The notes under the pieces are model-generated. The model did not search any database and had not been told where the DNA came from. It saw only the letters and a list, made by a program, of their open reading frames with translations. DNA of 64,000 bases from Promethearchaeota archaeon. Its GTDB lineage: Archaea > Asgardarchaeota > Lokiarchaeia > Sigyniarchaeales > SOKP01. The stretch spans positions 7,138-71,137 of the forward strand of contig SDNY01000003.1 of assembly GCA_004524535.1 (NCBI GenBank), given 5' to 3'. Below are positions 1 to 9,686 of the stretch, piece by piece (position 1 is the first letter of the stretch; each line of letters starts with the position of its first letter). Both the position numbers and the translations under genes were made by a program.

Positions 1-197
1 TGCTGTTCAGCTATTATTAATTTATTATCTTGACCCAAATCGATGTATTTTATCACACTCCGTAAGGCCTCTCTGCTAAAATTTGCGATTGAGGCAAAAA
101 ACCCAATCATTATATTATCTTCAAAGTCTTCTTTCGTGTAATTCTTTGAATATATCAACAACCCATTTTGTTTCATAATGTAAAAACTTTTTATCAT
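1..197 (-). CDS. Longin-like domain protein, runs off the window edge
   Basis: Hand translation from ATG 197: MIKSFYIMKQNGLLIYSKNYTKEDFEDNIMIGFFASIANFSREALRSVIKYIDLGQDNKLII. Fits the longin N-terminal pattern (hydrophobic strand, G, LLIYSK strand, then GFF-SI-NF helix). Not in the ORF track. Confidence 0.6.
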   Translation of the reverse strand, partial: MIKSFYIMKQNGLLIYSKNYTKEDFEDNIMIGFFASIANFSREALRSVIKYIDLGQDNKLIIAEQ

Positions 198-221
198 ATT
201 ATTACTCACATTTTGTTATTT

Positions 222-1976
222 TTAAGTTAAATTAAAAAATTCTAAATATTCATGCATCGATGCTTTATATTTTTTATAATTATAAATATACGGGCCGACA
301 ATCTCCATTAATTTAATTATCAATTGATCTGGATTTTTTCTTGAAAAGATTTTGTATTTTTCGTTAACACGTTCTGTAATAAAGGTTGCTGATTTAATTT
401 CTAGCATTTTTTTCAATGCGTCAATATCAGGATTATTTAATTCAATCGTGATTATTTCACCAAAATGTGGAATTTTCGAAATAAAATCATTGACAGTACC
501 AAGTTCAGCAGTTTTTCCAGAAACCATAAGGATTTTATCGCAGTTTGAAACAATATTTTTACGACCATGAATTATTAAGATAACATGAAATTTCTTTTTT
601 ATTTTATTCATAAAATCGTTAAAATTTTCACCTTGAATCCGTTCTAACTCGCCTGGAGGTACAGAGAACATAATTATATCAGGTGATTTTAGAAGTTCTC
701 TTGAGATTGATAATAATAAACGATCTATATTAGAAAGTGTAGAAACTTTTTCTTTTTTTCTGTTTAATAATCCTGTTACTTCTAAGGCGGAATTTATAAA
801 GCTCTTTTTAGTCTTGTATTTTGGAGGCAACGATATAATTTCGTCAATTTTACTAAAAATTCCAGCAAATTTTGCTTTAGTGCTTAAAGCTCTCTTTCTG
901 ATTTTCCATTTTGGTTTTATTTTAATATTATAATGTACTGCTTTCTTAATAGACATGTTTAATATTCTCTCATCAAGTAAATGCGAAGTTATAACAATTT
1001 TTTTCAACTCATCATTTGTAGCTAACTGTATATGTCTTCCGAATAATTTGATGGTTCCTGAATCTATTAATTGAGAACCCGCTATTATATTAAACAATTT
1101 TACTATTTGTGTATTTGATCTGAATTCTCTTGATGATTCTAAATTGTAAAGGATTCCAATTGATTGCCCTCTATGAATATTAAACGTTATATCTTTAATA
1201 TCCTCTCCAGAAGATATATTATTAACTACGAGATGCTGTGTTCCCCCTTTTAAGTTAAATAATGATTTAATTATTTGAAAGATATGAGGGGGGTTCTCAG
1301 CATCCCAACTTTTAATTACATCTGTATTTATAGAAATATTTTCCATGAAAGCTGTTACTCTTTTTACTTTTTGCCTTAATGTGCCTTTAAATTTCTCTCT
1401 TAATATCTCTTTGAAGCGTTCTATATAGGTTTTTATATATTTTTCAATTATAATTTGATTTTTTTCCATTAATTTTGGTTCAAGAGGGTATTTTTCTAAA
1501 TTAATCTTGAATTTAATAATTAGATCAGGAAGATAAATTCTTATCTTTCTGAAGTAAGGATTCCCAACAACGGGACTATTTTCAAAATGCTCATCAATTA
1601 ATTGGATTTCATTATCCAATATAGCTAAATGAGATTCTAATTCTTTTTTAATCAGCTTATTAACTCTTTCTATTATTTTTTTAGGGCTAACAAGTCCATC
1701 TTTATCAATATCTGGCTCAACTATAATTTCAATAAAATCAAATTCAGTCTCTGTAGGGGTATATATTTTTATGAGGGGAACACCGCGTTTTATTACATCC
1801 TCATTGGTGAAAAATAAGATTTCAATATATAATCTTTTATAAATTAAATCTAAAATAGTGGCAATTCCAAACGTTCTTTCTCGGTAAATCATCCAATACT
1901 TTTCCGAAAATCGAATTGCATCAACAATTTTTAATCTTAAAACCTCTAATTGAGGTACTTTAATAATAGAACTCAT
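222..1976 (-). CDS. Degenerate ABC ATPase domain fused to an unknown ~250 aa N-terminal domain
   Basis: ABC-like context ITFNIHRGQSIGIL but no Walker A GKT/S. Signature is LSNIDR instead of LSGGQ and Walker B is IIMFSVP instead of hhhhDEP; H-loop IIHG retained. ATGA overlap with the upstream gene. Confidence 0.75.
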   Translation of the reverse strand: MSSIIKVPQLEVLRLKIVDAIRFSEKYWMIYRERTFGIATILDLIYKRLYIEILFFTNEDVIKRGVPLIKIYTPTETEFDFIEIIVEPDIDKDGLVSPKKIIERVNKLIKKELESHLAILDNEIQLIDEHFENSPVVGNPYFRKIRIYLPDLIIKFKINLEKYPLEPKLMEKNQIIIEKYIKTYIERFKEILREKFKGTLRQKVKRVTAFMENISINTDVIKSWDAENPPHIFQIIKSLFNLKGGTQHLVVNNISSGEDIKDITFNIHRGQSIGILYNLESSREFRSNTQIVKLFNIIAGSQLIDSGTIKLFGRHIQLATNDELKKIVITSHLLDERILNMSIKKAVHYNIKIKPKWKIRKRALSTKAKFAGIFSKIDEIISLPPKYKTKKSFINSALEVTGLLNRKKEKVSTLSNIDRLLLSISRELLKSPDIIMFSVPPGELERIQGENFNDFMNKIKKKFHVILIIHGRKNIVSNCDKILMVSGKTAELGTVNDFISKIPHFGEIITIELNNPDIDALKKMLEIKSATFITERVNEKYKIFSRKNPDQLIIKLMEIVGPYIYNYKKYKASMHEYLEFFNLT

Positions 1977-4900
1977 TCTAATTTTGGGACCTCCATAGCT
2001 TTATATCTAAAATATTGTTCAATCTTTGTATCATTCTGCTTTATATCTTTAATCGAATCAAAACCAAAATTTAATTTAATTTTTTCTTCTAACGAGCTTA
2101 TATTCAAATCGGAAAGTATAGAAAAATCAGTTCCCGCTTTATTTTCAAGAGCTTTATCAATGCCTTCAATGGATTCGAGCCTTTCAATCGCATTTTCATT
2201 TACACCATTAAAATATAAGTCGACAGTTCTTCCTTTACCTGGTAATTGAGCTAATAAATCTTTAGGACGGCCATAATCTATCATCCCTCTCATTCTCCCA
2301 AAAATGGCAACGCGGTGGCAAAATTGAGATTCTTCAGGATAATGAGTTACCACTATTAAAGTTGAATTAAATTGTTCATTGATTTTAGTCAGTGCTAACC
2401 AAAGATTTTCCCTCACCACTGGATCCAATCCACTAGTAGGTTCATCCATCCAAATAATAATAGGATCATGAATTAATGCCATAGCAATGGATACACGCCT
2501 CTTTTGACCCCCAGATAAATTTTTAACCTTTTCATGCATTTTATCTTCAATTTCTAAAGCAGTTAATATCCGCTTTGCTTTTTGCATGACCAATTTCTCT
2601 GTCATATCATATTGCTTTCCGAAATACATTATATTTTGCAAAGTCGTGAAATTTTGGTAAATTTTATCGAGATCTTGAGGGACATAACCATAAATTGGTC
2701 GCATCTTCTTATGTTTCTTCTTGACATTCATGCCATAAATCTGAATTTTTCCTTTATATTTTCGCATTCCTAAAAGGGATTTTACAAATGTTGACTTACC
2801 AGCACCACTCTCTCCTAATACTCCTAAAATTTCTCCATGCTTTAATTTCATCGACACAGACTTAACTATTAACTTTCTCCCAGCAAAAATATTTACATTC
2901 TCGCATAAAATGGCTGGAAACTTTTCCAAATATGATATATTATATTTTTCACCGACTCCAAATCTTTCTTTCAATTTTTTGGAAACTGTTACATTTAATA
3001 TGGAAATGATCTTGATAATGCCAAATAAAAGTAGTATTAACATTTCTATAATAAATATTGATGTAATTAAATCATTCCAAGGTTTTGGGTTAAAACTTTG
3101 GTCATAACTTAATTCTTCAATGAGCATTATACCATATGGTGTATTTCTTAAATCTCCACCAAACATAGGAAAGTCTCCAACTCCTCCTGTGTTAGAACTG
3201 AGACAATCTTCGTACCAATCAATTAAATCTTCAATATTTTCTGGTTGAAAATCATATTCGTATAGTCCCATTGCTGCGAAATATGATACGAAAAATGTCG
3301 ATGGAAACTCAAAAAGATCTGAGATTACAGGGATCGGAGCAAAGCTTCCATCTTCATCTTGGGCTTTTTTCAAAAATTCTATTGCCGCAATTGTTGACAT
3401 AGGGTCTATCTCTAAAATTTTTAAAGTTTTTAATCCAAAATAAGTTGAAATAGTGTCGCTATGAAACCCTAAAACTATTGGAAAACCCCCATCAGCGCTT
3501 TGGGCTGCTGAAATCCAATGAATTAAATTATCCTCATCAAGCTTATCCAAAGCTTCTAAAATCTTTAGTGATGCTACGGCCCAATATGTACTTTCCATAG
3601 TCGGCGTATCTGTTTCAATTAGATCAGTAAACATTTGACTTAATGGTCCAAAAATGGACATAAGTTCATTTATATCAACCCCTAATTCAAATCCTCCATC
3701 ATCATCTTGAAGATCAACTAAATAATCAATTGTATCTTTTCTATCAGGAAGAGAAATATCTGAATAAGTAAGTAATATTTCATAAAGATTAATTGCATGA
3801 TAAGTTGCTAATAAACTTGTACTTCCACTAGGTTGAGAGCTAAATCCTCCATCTCCTTTATTATAACAATCTTCCACATAATCCCACATATTATCTATAT
3901 CAACATAATCAGTAAAATTATCAGGCTCGACGAGATATATCGATAATGCTCCTAAATAATTCGCTTCAAGTGAAGTATGCCCAAATAATCCGTTCTTTGC
4001 TTGATGAGTGTATAACCAGCTATAATAATTTTGAATATAGGTTTCGATATCCACCCCTGGCAAATTAACCTTATCTCTGAGTAAATCTATTGACTTCATG
4101 GCAGCCCATCCAGATATAAAATCTGAACTACTATTCAAATAAGCATCTGATCCAAAACCTCCATCTAACTTCCCACAATTAAGGATAAACTGAAGTGTTT
4201 CATTAGCTTTATCCGGTATAATATTTAAAGTATACATTGATGATAATGCATAAAAAGTAGATTGAACGTTGGATATTCCAACGCTAGAATATCCACCATC
4301 GATGTTTCTAAGACTCTTGAGATAATTTTCAATAGTTTTATTTTGAAATTGATTGAATTTTTGACCTAATTCTAAATAAGCTTTAATTCTATAATACAAT
4401 TGCTCAACAGATTCATCATCCCAATTACTTAGTTCTACATAATTAGTAATATTTGGATTACTAAGAATAGATTTGGCGTTAAATATATTAGCCATATGAA
4501 TTGCACAATATGTAGATCTAATATCGGGCAAAGGTGCGTATTCATTATATTTAAAACCCCATCCATCCTCTAAAAGACAATTTTGGATATAAGTTAAAAT
4601 TTTCCCGATTTCATCGGATTTTGAATATAAATAAGTAGGATTTAATAAATCTATAATCTCTATTACCTCATAAGTTGAAAACATGTTGCCTAAACCACCA
4701 ATATCAGAAAACGAACCATTATTGTTCTGTTTTTCAAATAAATAATCAAAAAAGAACTCATCATAATCCCTTATATAACTAATTGACCTAGGAAAAATTA
4801 AATCAGTTAAATATGGATAAACATGAGAAAAATCAATTGAATCAATTGCACGGAAGTTTGCATCGATTTCAGGTTCAATAAAAAGATCAGAATCAGAATT

Positions 4901-5071
4901 TTTGTGTGAATATGAAAACTCCATCATATCTTCTTTCAAATCTTGAAGTTCATCATCATCATAATATTTTATCCAAGGATAATTTATGACAGCTAAAATC
5001 GTAAGCTGCAAAGTGAACAATGCTGATAAAAATAATAAAATTTTTAATTTTCGTTTTGTTTTATCTTCTAT
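1973..5071 (-). CDS. Prenyltransferase/squalene-oxidase-repeat ectodomain + TM helix + ABC ATPase fusion (about 1032 aa)
   Basis: Repeats of Q/N-x-x-DGGF type (QNNNGSF, NIDGGYS, KLDGGFG, QAKNGLF, GDGGFS, QDDDGGF, QSADGGF, QDEDGSF). TM LITSIFIIEMLILLLFGII. ATPase motifs GESGAGKST, LSGGQKRR, WMDEPTSG, VTH. The frame extends 17 codons upstream of the TTG at 5020 to ATA 5071, adding the basic n-region IEDKTKRKLK before a hydrophobic segment. Confidence 0.85.
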   Translation of the reverse strand: MEDKTKRKLKILLFLSALFTLQLTILAVINYPWIKYYDDDELQDLKEDMMEFSYSHKNSDSDLFIEPEIDANFRAIDSIDFSHVYPYLTDLIFPRSISYIRDYDEFFFDYLFEKQNNNGSFSDIGGLGNMFSTYEVIEIIDLLNPTYLYSKSDEIGKILTYIQNCLLEDGWGFKYNEYAPLPDIRSTYCAIHMANIFNAKSILSNPNITNYVELSNWDDESVEQLYYRIKAYLELGQKFNQFQNKTIENYLKSLRNIDGGYSSVGISNVQSTFYALSSMYTLNIIPDKANETLQFILNCGKLDGGFGSDAYLNSSSDFISGWAAMKSIDLLRDKVNLPGVDIETYIQNYYSWLYTHQAKNGLFGHTSLEANYLGALSIYLVEPDNFTDYVDIDNMWDYVEDCYNKGDGGFSSQPSGSTSLLATYHAINLYEILLTYSDISLPDRKDTIDYLVDLQDDDGGFELGVDINELMSIFGPLSQMFTDLIETDTPTMESTYWAVASLKILEALDKLDEDNLIHWISAAQSADGGFPIVLGFHSDTISTYFGLKTLKILEIDPMSTIAAIEFLKKAQDEDGSFAPIPVISDLFEFPSTFFVSYFAAMGLYEYDFQPENIEDLIDWYEDCLSSNTGGVGDFPMFGGDLRNTPYGIMLIEELSYDQSFNPKPWNDLITSIFIIEMLILLLFGIIKIISILNVTVSKKLKERFGVGEKYNISYLEKFPAILCENVNIFAGRKLIVKSVSMKLKHGEILGVLGESGAGKSTFVKSLLGMRKYKGKIQIYGMNVKKKHKKMRPIYGYVPQDLDKIYQNFTTLQNIMYFGKQYDMTEKLVMQKAKRILTALEIEDKMHEKVKNLSGGQKRRVSIAMALIHDPIIIWMDEPTSGLDPVVRENLWLALTKINEQFNSTLIVVTHYPEESQFCHRVAIFGRMRGMIDYGRPKDLLAQLPGKGRTVDLYFNGVNENAIERLESIEGIDKALENKAGTDFSILSDLNISSLEEKIKLNFGFDSIKDIKQNDTKIEQYFRYKAMEVPKLE

Positions 5072-6133
5072 TACGCCTCACCTTCCATTATTTGTTCGCT
5101 TTCTCTTAATTTCCTTTCTTTCTCCTGTTCTTCTTGGATTCTAATCTGGAAATACCTTCTAAAAGTAGCATTATCCTTACTCATGGAAGTAACTTTTAAA
5201 TTGTTTTTTATCGTATATTCAATTAATTTCTGAAGGTTTTCTTCAAAATCCTCAATAAACACTTCAATTATTTCATTTCCGACACGTATTGTTTTTTGGA
5301 CGGGTGTAAAATTTTTAATAATTTTAATTTTATTCTCAGTAAGATCCTCAATAGTTAATCTAGTTAATAAGCCACCACTCGGGAGTGATGCTATGAGATT
5401 ATCATTAGAATCGAATTCTAATAATTTTCCATCTCTTAAAATCGCGCTTTTATCACATATTAAGGCTGCCTCCATATCGTGTGTGATAAGAAACATTGTC
5501 GTTCCTAATTTTCGATTTAACTTTTTTAAATATGAGAGAACTTCATATCTTTTTGCTGCGTCTACACCTTTTACCTCCAACTGCGTCTTACGCTAGTATG
5601 GATGTGGTAGGCTCGTCAAGAAAAAGAATTTTAGGCTGATGGATTAAACCAATAGCCACTGAAACTCTCTTTTTTTCTCCTCCGCTTAATTTTTTTAATC
5701 GTTTTTTCCAAGTATCTTCCGGAATGTCAAGTATCGAAAATAGTTCTTTTGCTATTTCTTTCGCATTTTTTTTTTTCAATCCATAGGTCGATGCAAATGT
5801 TTCTACATTCGCCATAGGAGACAACTCATAGTAAAGATTGAGACCTTCAAGTTGAGGAACATATCCAATATTGCTTAAGATTTTTGGATGATTTCTACTT
5901 TGTGCGGGATTTAAATCGGTGACTTTTACATTCCCATTCCAGTTCTTTTTATTGAGCTGGCACGTAAGTACTCGTATAATAGTTGTTTTGCCAGCACCAC
6001 TGATACCAAATAAACCGATTATTTCTCCGGATTTCACTTGAAAAGATACATCATGAACGACCTGTTTGTCTCCGAATTTAACATTTAAATTTTCGACATT
6101 TACCATTACATCCGTTATGTTTTCTGACTTCAA
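5071..6133 (-). CDS. ABC-2/DrrA-type ATPase with intron; exons 6133-5604 and 5569-5071, 342 aa spliced
   Basis: The ORF track shows two halves: GISGAGKTT, LSGGEKKR, LFLDEPTT, then GVDAAKRYEV...ITHD. Removing 34 nt joins DEPTT-GVD in frame (530+499=1029 nt). Confidence 0.9.
5570..5603 (-). other. Putative 34-nt bulge-helix-bulge (BHB) intron in a protein-coding gene
   Basis: Minus strand: GCC TACC AC^A TCCA-TACTAGCGTAAGACGCAGT-TGGA GGTA AA^A GGT. Central 4-bp helix TACC/GGTA, 3-nt bulges ACA and AAA, inner helix TCCA/TGGA, outer helix GCC/GGU. Contains an in-frame TAA. Confidence 0.85.
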
Positions 6134-6187
6134 GATTTTAAATTCAAACCTCCTTTATTTTTTTTTTTATATTTTTTCTTTAAATCA

Positions 6188-7420
6188 TTATACCTCATAT
6201 CTTTTTCTTTTAATTACCAAAAATGAAAGTACTATAAACGCAAGACTTAAAATAAGTAAAGCAAAAAAGTCGAAGCAAAAGACTGATTTCCCTTTTGATA
6301 GGATTCCATTTATCATTGGTTTTCCATGAGATAATGGTAAGATAAACGCTACTATTTGTAAATATTCAGGCATGGATTCTATAGGAACAAAAATTCCACT
6401 TAAAAGGGCAATTACGATAAAGGCCGCGAAGAATAGTTGATTGGCTTCTGTCTTTGTTTTACTTACTGTACTGATAAACATTCCTAAAGAGACGCCCGTA
6501 AAGCCTAAAATGAATAAGGCCAAAAATATATCAAATAACGAGCCGGCCACATAGAGACCATTAAGAAGTGAAGTTGAAAGAATTATAAATACTTGGAGCG
6601 CTAAGATAATAGAATATGTAATATATTTGGACAAGAGAATTTCATGTTTTTTAGCAGGGGTTAGTAAAAGACGAGCGATAGGTTTTTCTTGTACGACTAC
6701 TAAAATAGTAAGTACAGTGCTAATTCCGAAAATCATAAATGAAAATAATATAATCATGCTATAATTGAACCTGAAATTATAATCAGATGGTACTGAATAC
6801 TCTTCGTATTCCATAAGGACGAATTGAGGGTCTAAATTGTTATCTTCTACAAAAAGATCAATTGAATCCTCAACGGCATTAAGTTTTTCTTGGATATAGA
6901 ATATTTCTGAGCTATCTGGTATACATTCGATTATCCCAGGTAAATCTGTAGATAAAAACTCTGAGAACTCTACAGGAATCTCAATAATAATTCCAATTTT
7001 ACTATCACGTAAATCATCTCTTGCCTTTTCCATAGCATATTTTTCTTCACTTGCATCGTAGAAATCAACAAGGTCCAAATATTTAGATTTTTCGACAGCG
7101 TCTAAATATTTTTCAGTAAAATTATCCCAAAAAGTTGTAATTGTATAGTTATCTTGATTGACATATAATTCGGAATCATAGCTAACAACAGTACATTTAA
7201 CTGGAATAATTTCTGAGGCACCAGCAGAAGACATGGAAGCAAACATCCATATTATTAGTGGTGGTAATGCAAGGGCAATAAAGAGATTGATTTTATCGGT
7301 TTTTAAAAGCTGGAATTCTTTTTTTATCTGTTTTGCCAATCGAAATAATCGAATTTTTAATTTTAAAAAACCACCGGTATACGTGTCATTGCTACTCATT
7401 TGATTATTCTTGTCATCCAA
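6188..7420 (-). CDS. ABC-2 type transporter permease
   Basis: KEFQLLKTDK N-terminus, one TM, a large acidic extracellular loop, then five TMs. RLLLTPAKKHEILLSK, SGIFVPIESMP and LPLSH are typical of YhhJ/YbhS-like permeases. Confidence 0.9.
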   Translation of the reverse strand: MDDKNNQMSSNDTYTGGFLKLKIRLFRLAKQIKKEFQLLKTDKINLFIALALPPLIIWMFASMSSAGASEIIPVKCTVVSYDSELYVNQDNYTITTFWDNFTEKYLDAVEKSKYLDLVDFYDASEEKYAMEKARDDLRDSKIGIIIEIPVEFSEFLSTDLPGIIECIPDSSEIFYIQEKLNAVEDSIDLFVEDNNLDPQFVLMEYEEYSVPSDYNFRFNYSMIILFSFMIFGISTVLTILVVVQEKPIARLLLTPAKKHEILLSKYITYSIILALQVFIILSTSLLNGLYVAGSLFDIFLALFILGFTGVSLGMFISTVSKTKTEANQLFFAAFIVIALLSGIFVPIESMPEYLQIVAFILPLSHGKPMINGILSKGKSVFCFDFFALLILSLAFIVLSFLVIKRKRYEV

Positions 7421-7426
7421 TATTTA

Positions 7427-8593
7427 TCAGACCTCCACCTTTTTAAATCTATAAGCAATATATGCTCCTATTATGAAAACCAAAGAAATCAAATTTAAAC
7501 TAAGAAAGTGGAATAAATCAATAGGTAAGCCTTTTTTAGTAATTTCATTTATTAATGGAACAGCATGACTTAATGGCAACGCGTTGATTATGAATTGCAT
7601 TGCAACCGGTAATGTATCCATTCTTATGAATGAGCCTGAAAACATCAATAAAGCGATAAAAAGCATTATATAGAGTTGGTTTGCTTGTTGTTCCGTCTTA
7701 CTTATTGAGGAAATGAATAAACCTATACAAATCCCACAAAAACCTATTGCAATTAAAATCAGATAGAGACTAAACAAGGATCCTAAAGAAAACATCCCAA
7801 ATATCGCTGATAGAGCAAATATAATTGTTACCTGGAATAACATTATTATTGAATTTGCTATCAGTTTACTTAAGATTATTTCTTTTTTAGCGGTCGGTGT
7901 GAGTTGTAAGCGGGGGAGCGGTCCTTCAGACACAATTGATAAGGAAGTAAGATTCATTAACAATCCTAGAATAAGCATTGATAAAACTATGGATAGAGCA
8001 TAGTTCAAAACTTGAGTCTCCCAATACGGCACCTCATATTCAAGGTAAGGAAACATTGTTACGAAATTAACCGTTTTCCGTATCCTAATTTTAAACAAAC
8101 CAATTGGTTCCTGAATCGCCACATCAACTGCATCAACCGCCTCTAAATCTGATCCATCGATGTAATAAGTAAGAGTTGTATCAGTTTCGTTCTCTATTGT
8201 TTCAGAGAAATCTTCCTCCAAAATAATAAATACATCTATGATTTCATTCCTTAGGAGCTCAAAGCACTCTTCAAATGCATCATCATATTCTTCCTCATTA
8301 TCACATGAATATGAATCAATAAGGCCCCATGCTGAACAATCATCCTCCACAACATCAATAAATATATCGTCATAATTAAGGGTAGAATTTGATTCAAGAG
8401 GGAATTCAGGAGTTTCGTATGGTATATTATCACGGGAAATAATTGCTGCGTTATAGAATTCAGTGGGGCCTCCTCCACTAGTTAGACCGAATATCACGAT
8501 TAATATGACTGGGATTGTAAATATTAAAATTAAAGTTCTTTTATCTGCTTTAATTCTACTAAATTCTTTCCTTATTAAACCGCTTAAATACAT
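7427..8593 (-). CDS. ABC-2 type transporter permease
   Basis: IRKEFSRIKADKR, RLQLTPTAKKEIILSK, FSGSFIRMDTLP, LPLSH; paralog of the adjacent permease. Confidence 0.9.
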   Translation of the reverse strand: MYLSGLIRKEFSRIKADKRTLILIFTIPVILIVIFGLTSGGGPTEFYNAAIISRDNIPYETPEFPLESNSTLNYDDIFIDVVEDDCSAWGLIDSYSCDNEEEYDDAFEECFELLRNEIIDVFIILEEDFSETIENETDTTLTYYIDGSDLEAVDAVDVAIQEPIGLFKIRIRKTVNFVTMFPYLEYEVPYWETQVLNYALSIVLSMLILGLLMNLTSLSIVSEGPLPRLQLTPTAKKEIILSKLIANSIIMLFQVTIIFALSAIFGMFSLGSLFSLYLILIAIGFCGICIGLFISSISKTEQQANQLYIMLFIALLMFSGSFIRMDTLPVAMQFIINALPLSHAVPLINEITKKGLPIDLFHFLSLNLISLVFIIGAYIAYRFKKVEV

Positions 8594-8734
8594 AAATAAT
8601 GCTATTAATTGTAAATATTCCGCATTGTAAACTCTTATTTTGTATTATAATACAACAATTCATATTAATTTTTTAAAGTCTTTCTAGATCTGAGTTATAA
8701 AGAAAAAAAATTTTGTCAAAAGCTTCACATACTT

Positions 8735-9496
8735 TTATTTCTTCTTCATGAAAAGCTTTTTCATCCATTCGGGTAACATAAAGCTTCCATAAAAAAAAAT
8801 CGCAGAAAATAATAAAAAGATTCTTGCTAAGATTCTTATAGATATAGCGCCTTCATAAATTGGTTCTAATGTATTGTAAACTATAGTATCAATTGTCATT
8901 CCAATTATGAAAAGAAGCATTCCTAATAATAACAAGTTACCTTTTAATCTGAGTTCATATTCATTCGATTTACGTAAATCTAAAAACACAATTGTACATC
9001 CTATAATTAACATGATTATACCTAAGAATAAATAAATTAGGAGAAAGATACCAAATTTTATGGTTATCTCGCTAGTATAATCCCCGATCAATATGCGATT
9101 ATAGGGTGAAAAAAGAAAGATAAAGAAGAGAGGTTCCATAATTGCGGTGTATATTAATTCGAAAGTTAATATAATTTTTTTTTTTTCCTTGTATAATAAA
9201 TCTGTAAGTAATGTAAAAAGCCCCCACATACTAATGGGAATAAAAGCATAACCAACAATGAAATAAACTTCATAAGGAATCCCAGAATTGGTAAAAAGAT
9301 ACCAAAAAAAGGCCAATTCCACGGCCCAATAAGCTTCAAAAAGGAAAAAAAGTCCTATTCCCGTAGTAAGGATTGTCCGATTTTTATATTGAACATATTT
9401 TTTGATTAATATAATAAATATAACAGTTAAAAAAATTAATAAAATTAAAGTTATAATACCATTAATAAACACAGCAGGGGCCATACTAGCTAACAA
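8735..9496 (-). CDS. Seven-TM membrane protein of unknown function
   Basis: Seven hydrophobic segments, ends LPEWMKKLF, no soluble output domain. Confidence 0.65.
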   Translation of the reverse strand: MLASMAPAVFINGIITLILLIFLTVIFIILIKKYVQYKNRTILTTGIGLFFLFEAYWAVELAFFWYLFTNSGIPYEVYFIVGYAFIPISMWGLFTLLTDLLYKEKKKIILTFELIYTAIMEPLFFIFLFSPYNRILIGDYTSEITIKFGIFLLIYLFLGIIMLIIGCTIVFLDLRKSNEYELRLKGNLLLLGMLLFIIGMTIDTIVYNTLEPIYEGAISIRILARIFLLFSAIFFYGSFMLPEWMKKLFMKKK

Positions 9497-9686
9497 TCCA
9501 TCTCATCTCTTTATTATTTCTATATTCAGAATCTAAAAACATATATCTTAGTAAGTAATTCATATGTATATTAATTATATAAATTAATCATTTCTGACTA
9601 TGAGTCTTCTGAGGAAAATTATAAGAGTTTTATTGATATAATAGGAGTTATAAAAATAATATGTAATTATAATAAATGTGCTATTC

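Noticed and set aside
1973-5071. Active protein prenyltransferase or squalene cyclase
   Set aside because: No DxCY Zn motif or DxDD cyclase motif was recognised in the expected context, and the domain is predicted to be extracellular.
5570-5603. Sequencing frameshift, or a genuinely split two-polypeptide ATPase (second half from TTG 5580)
   Set aside because: A discrete 34-nt self-complementary insert with exact BHB geometry is not a typical indel error, and a split between Walker B and the D-loop is structurally implausible.
8735-9496. Rhodopsin
   Set aside because: No retinal-binding Lys motif in helix 7.
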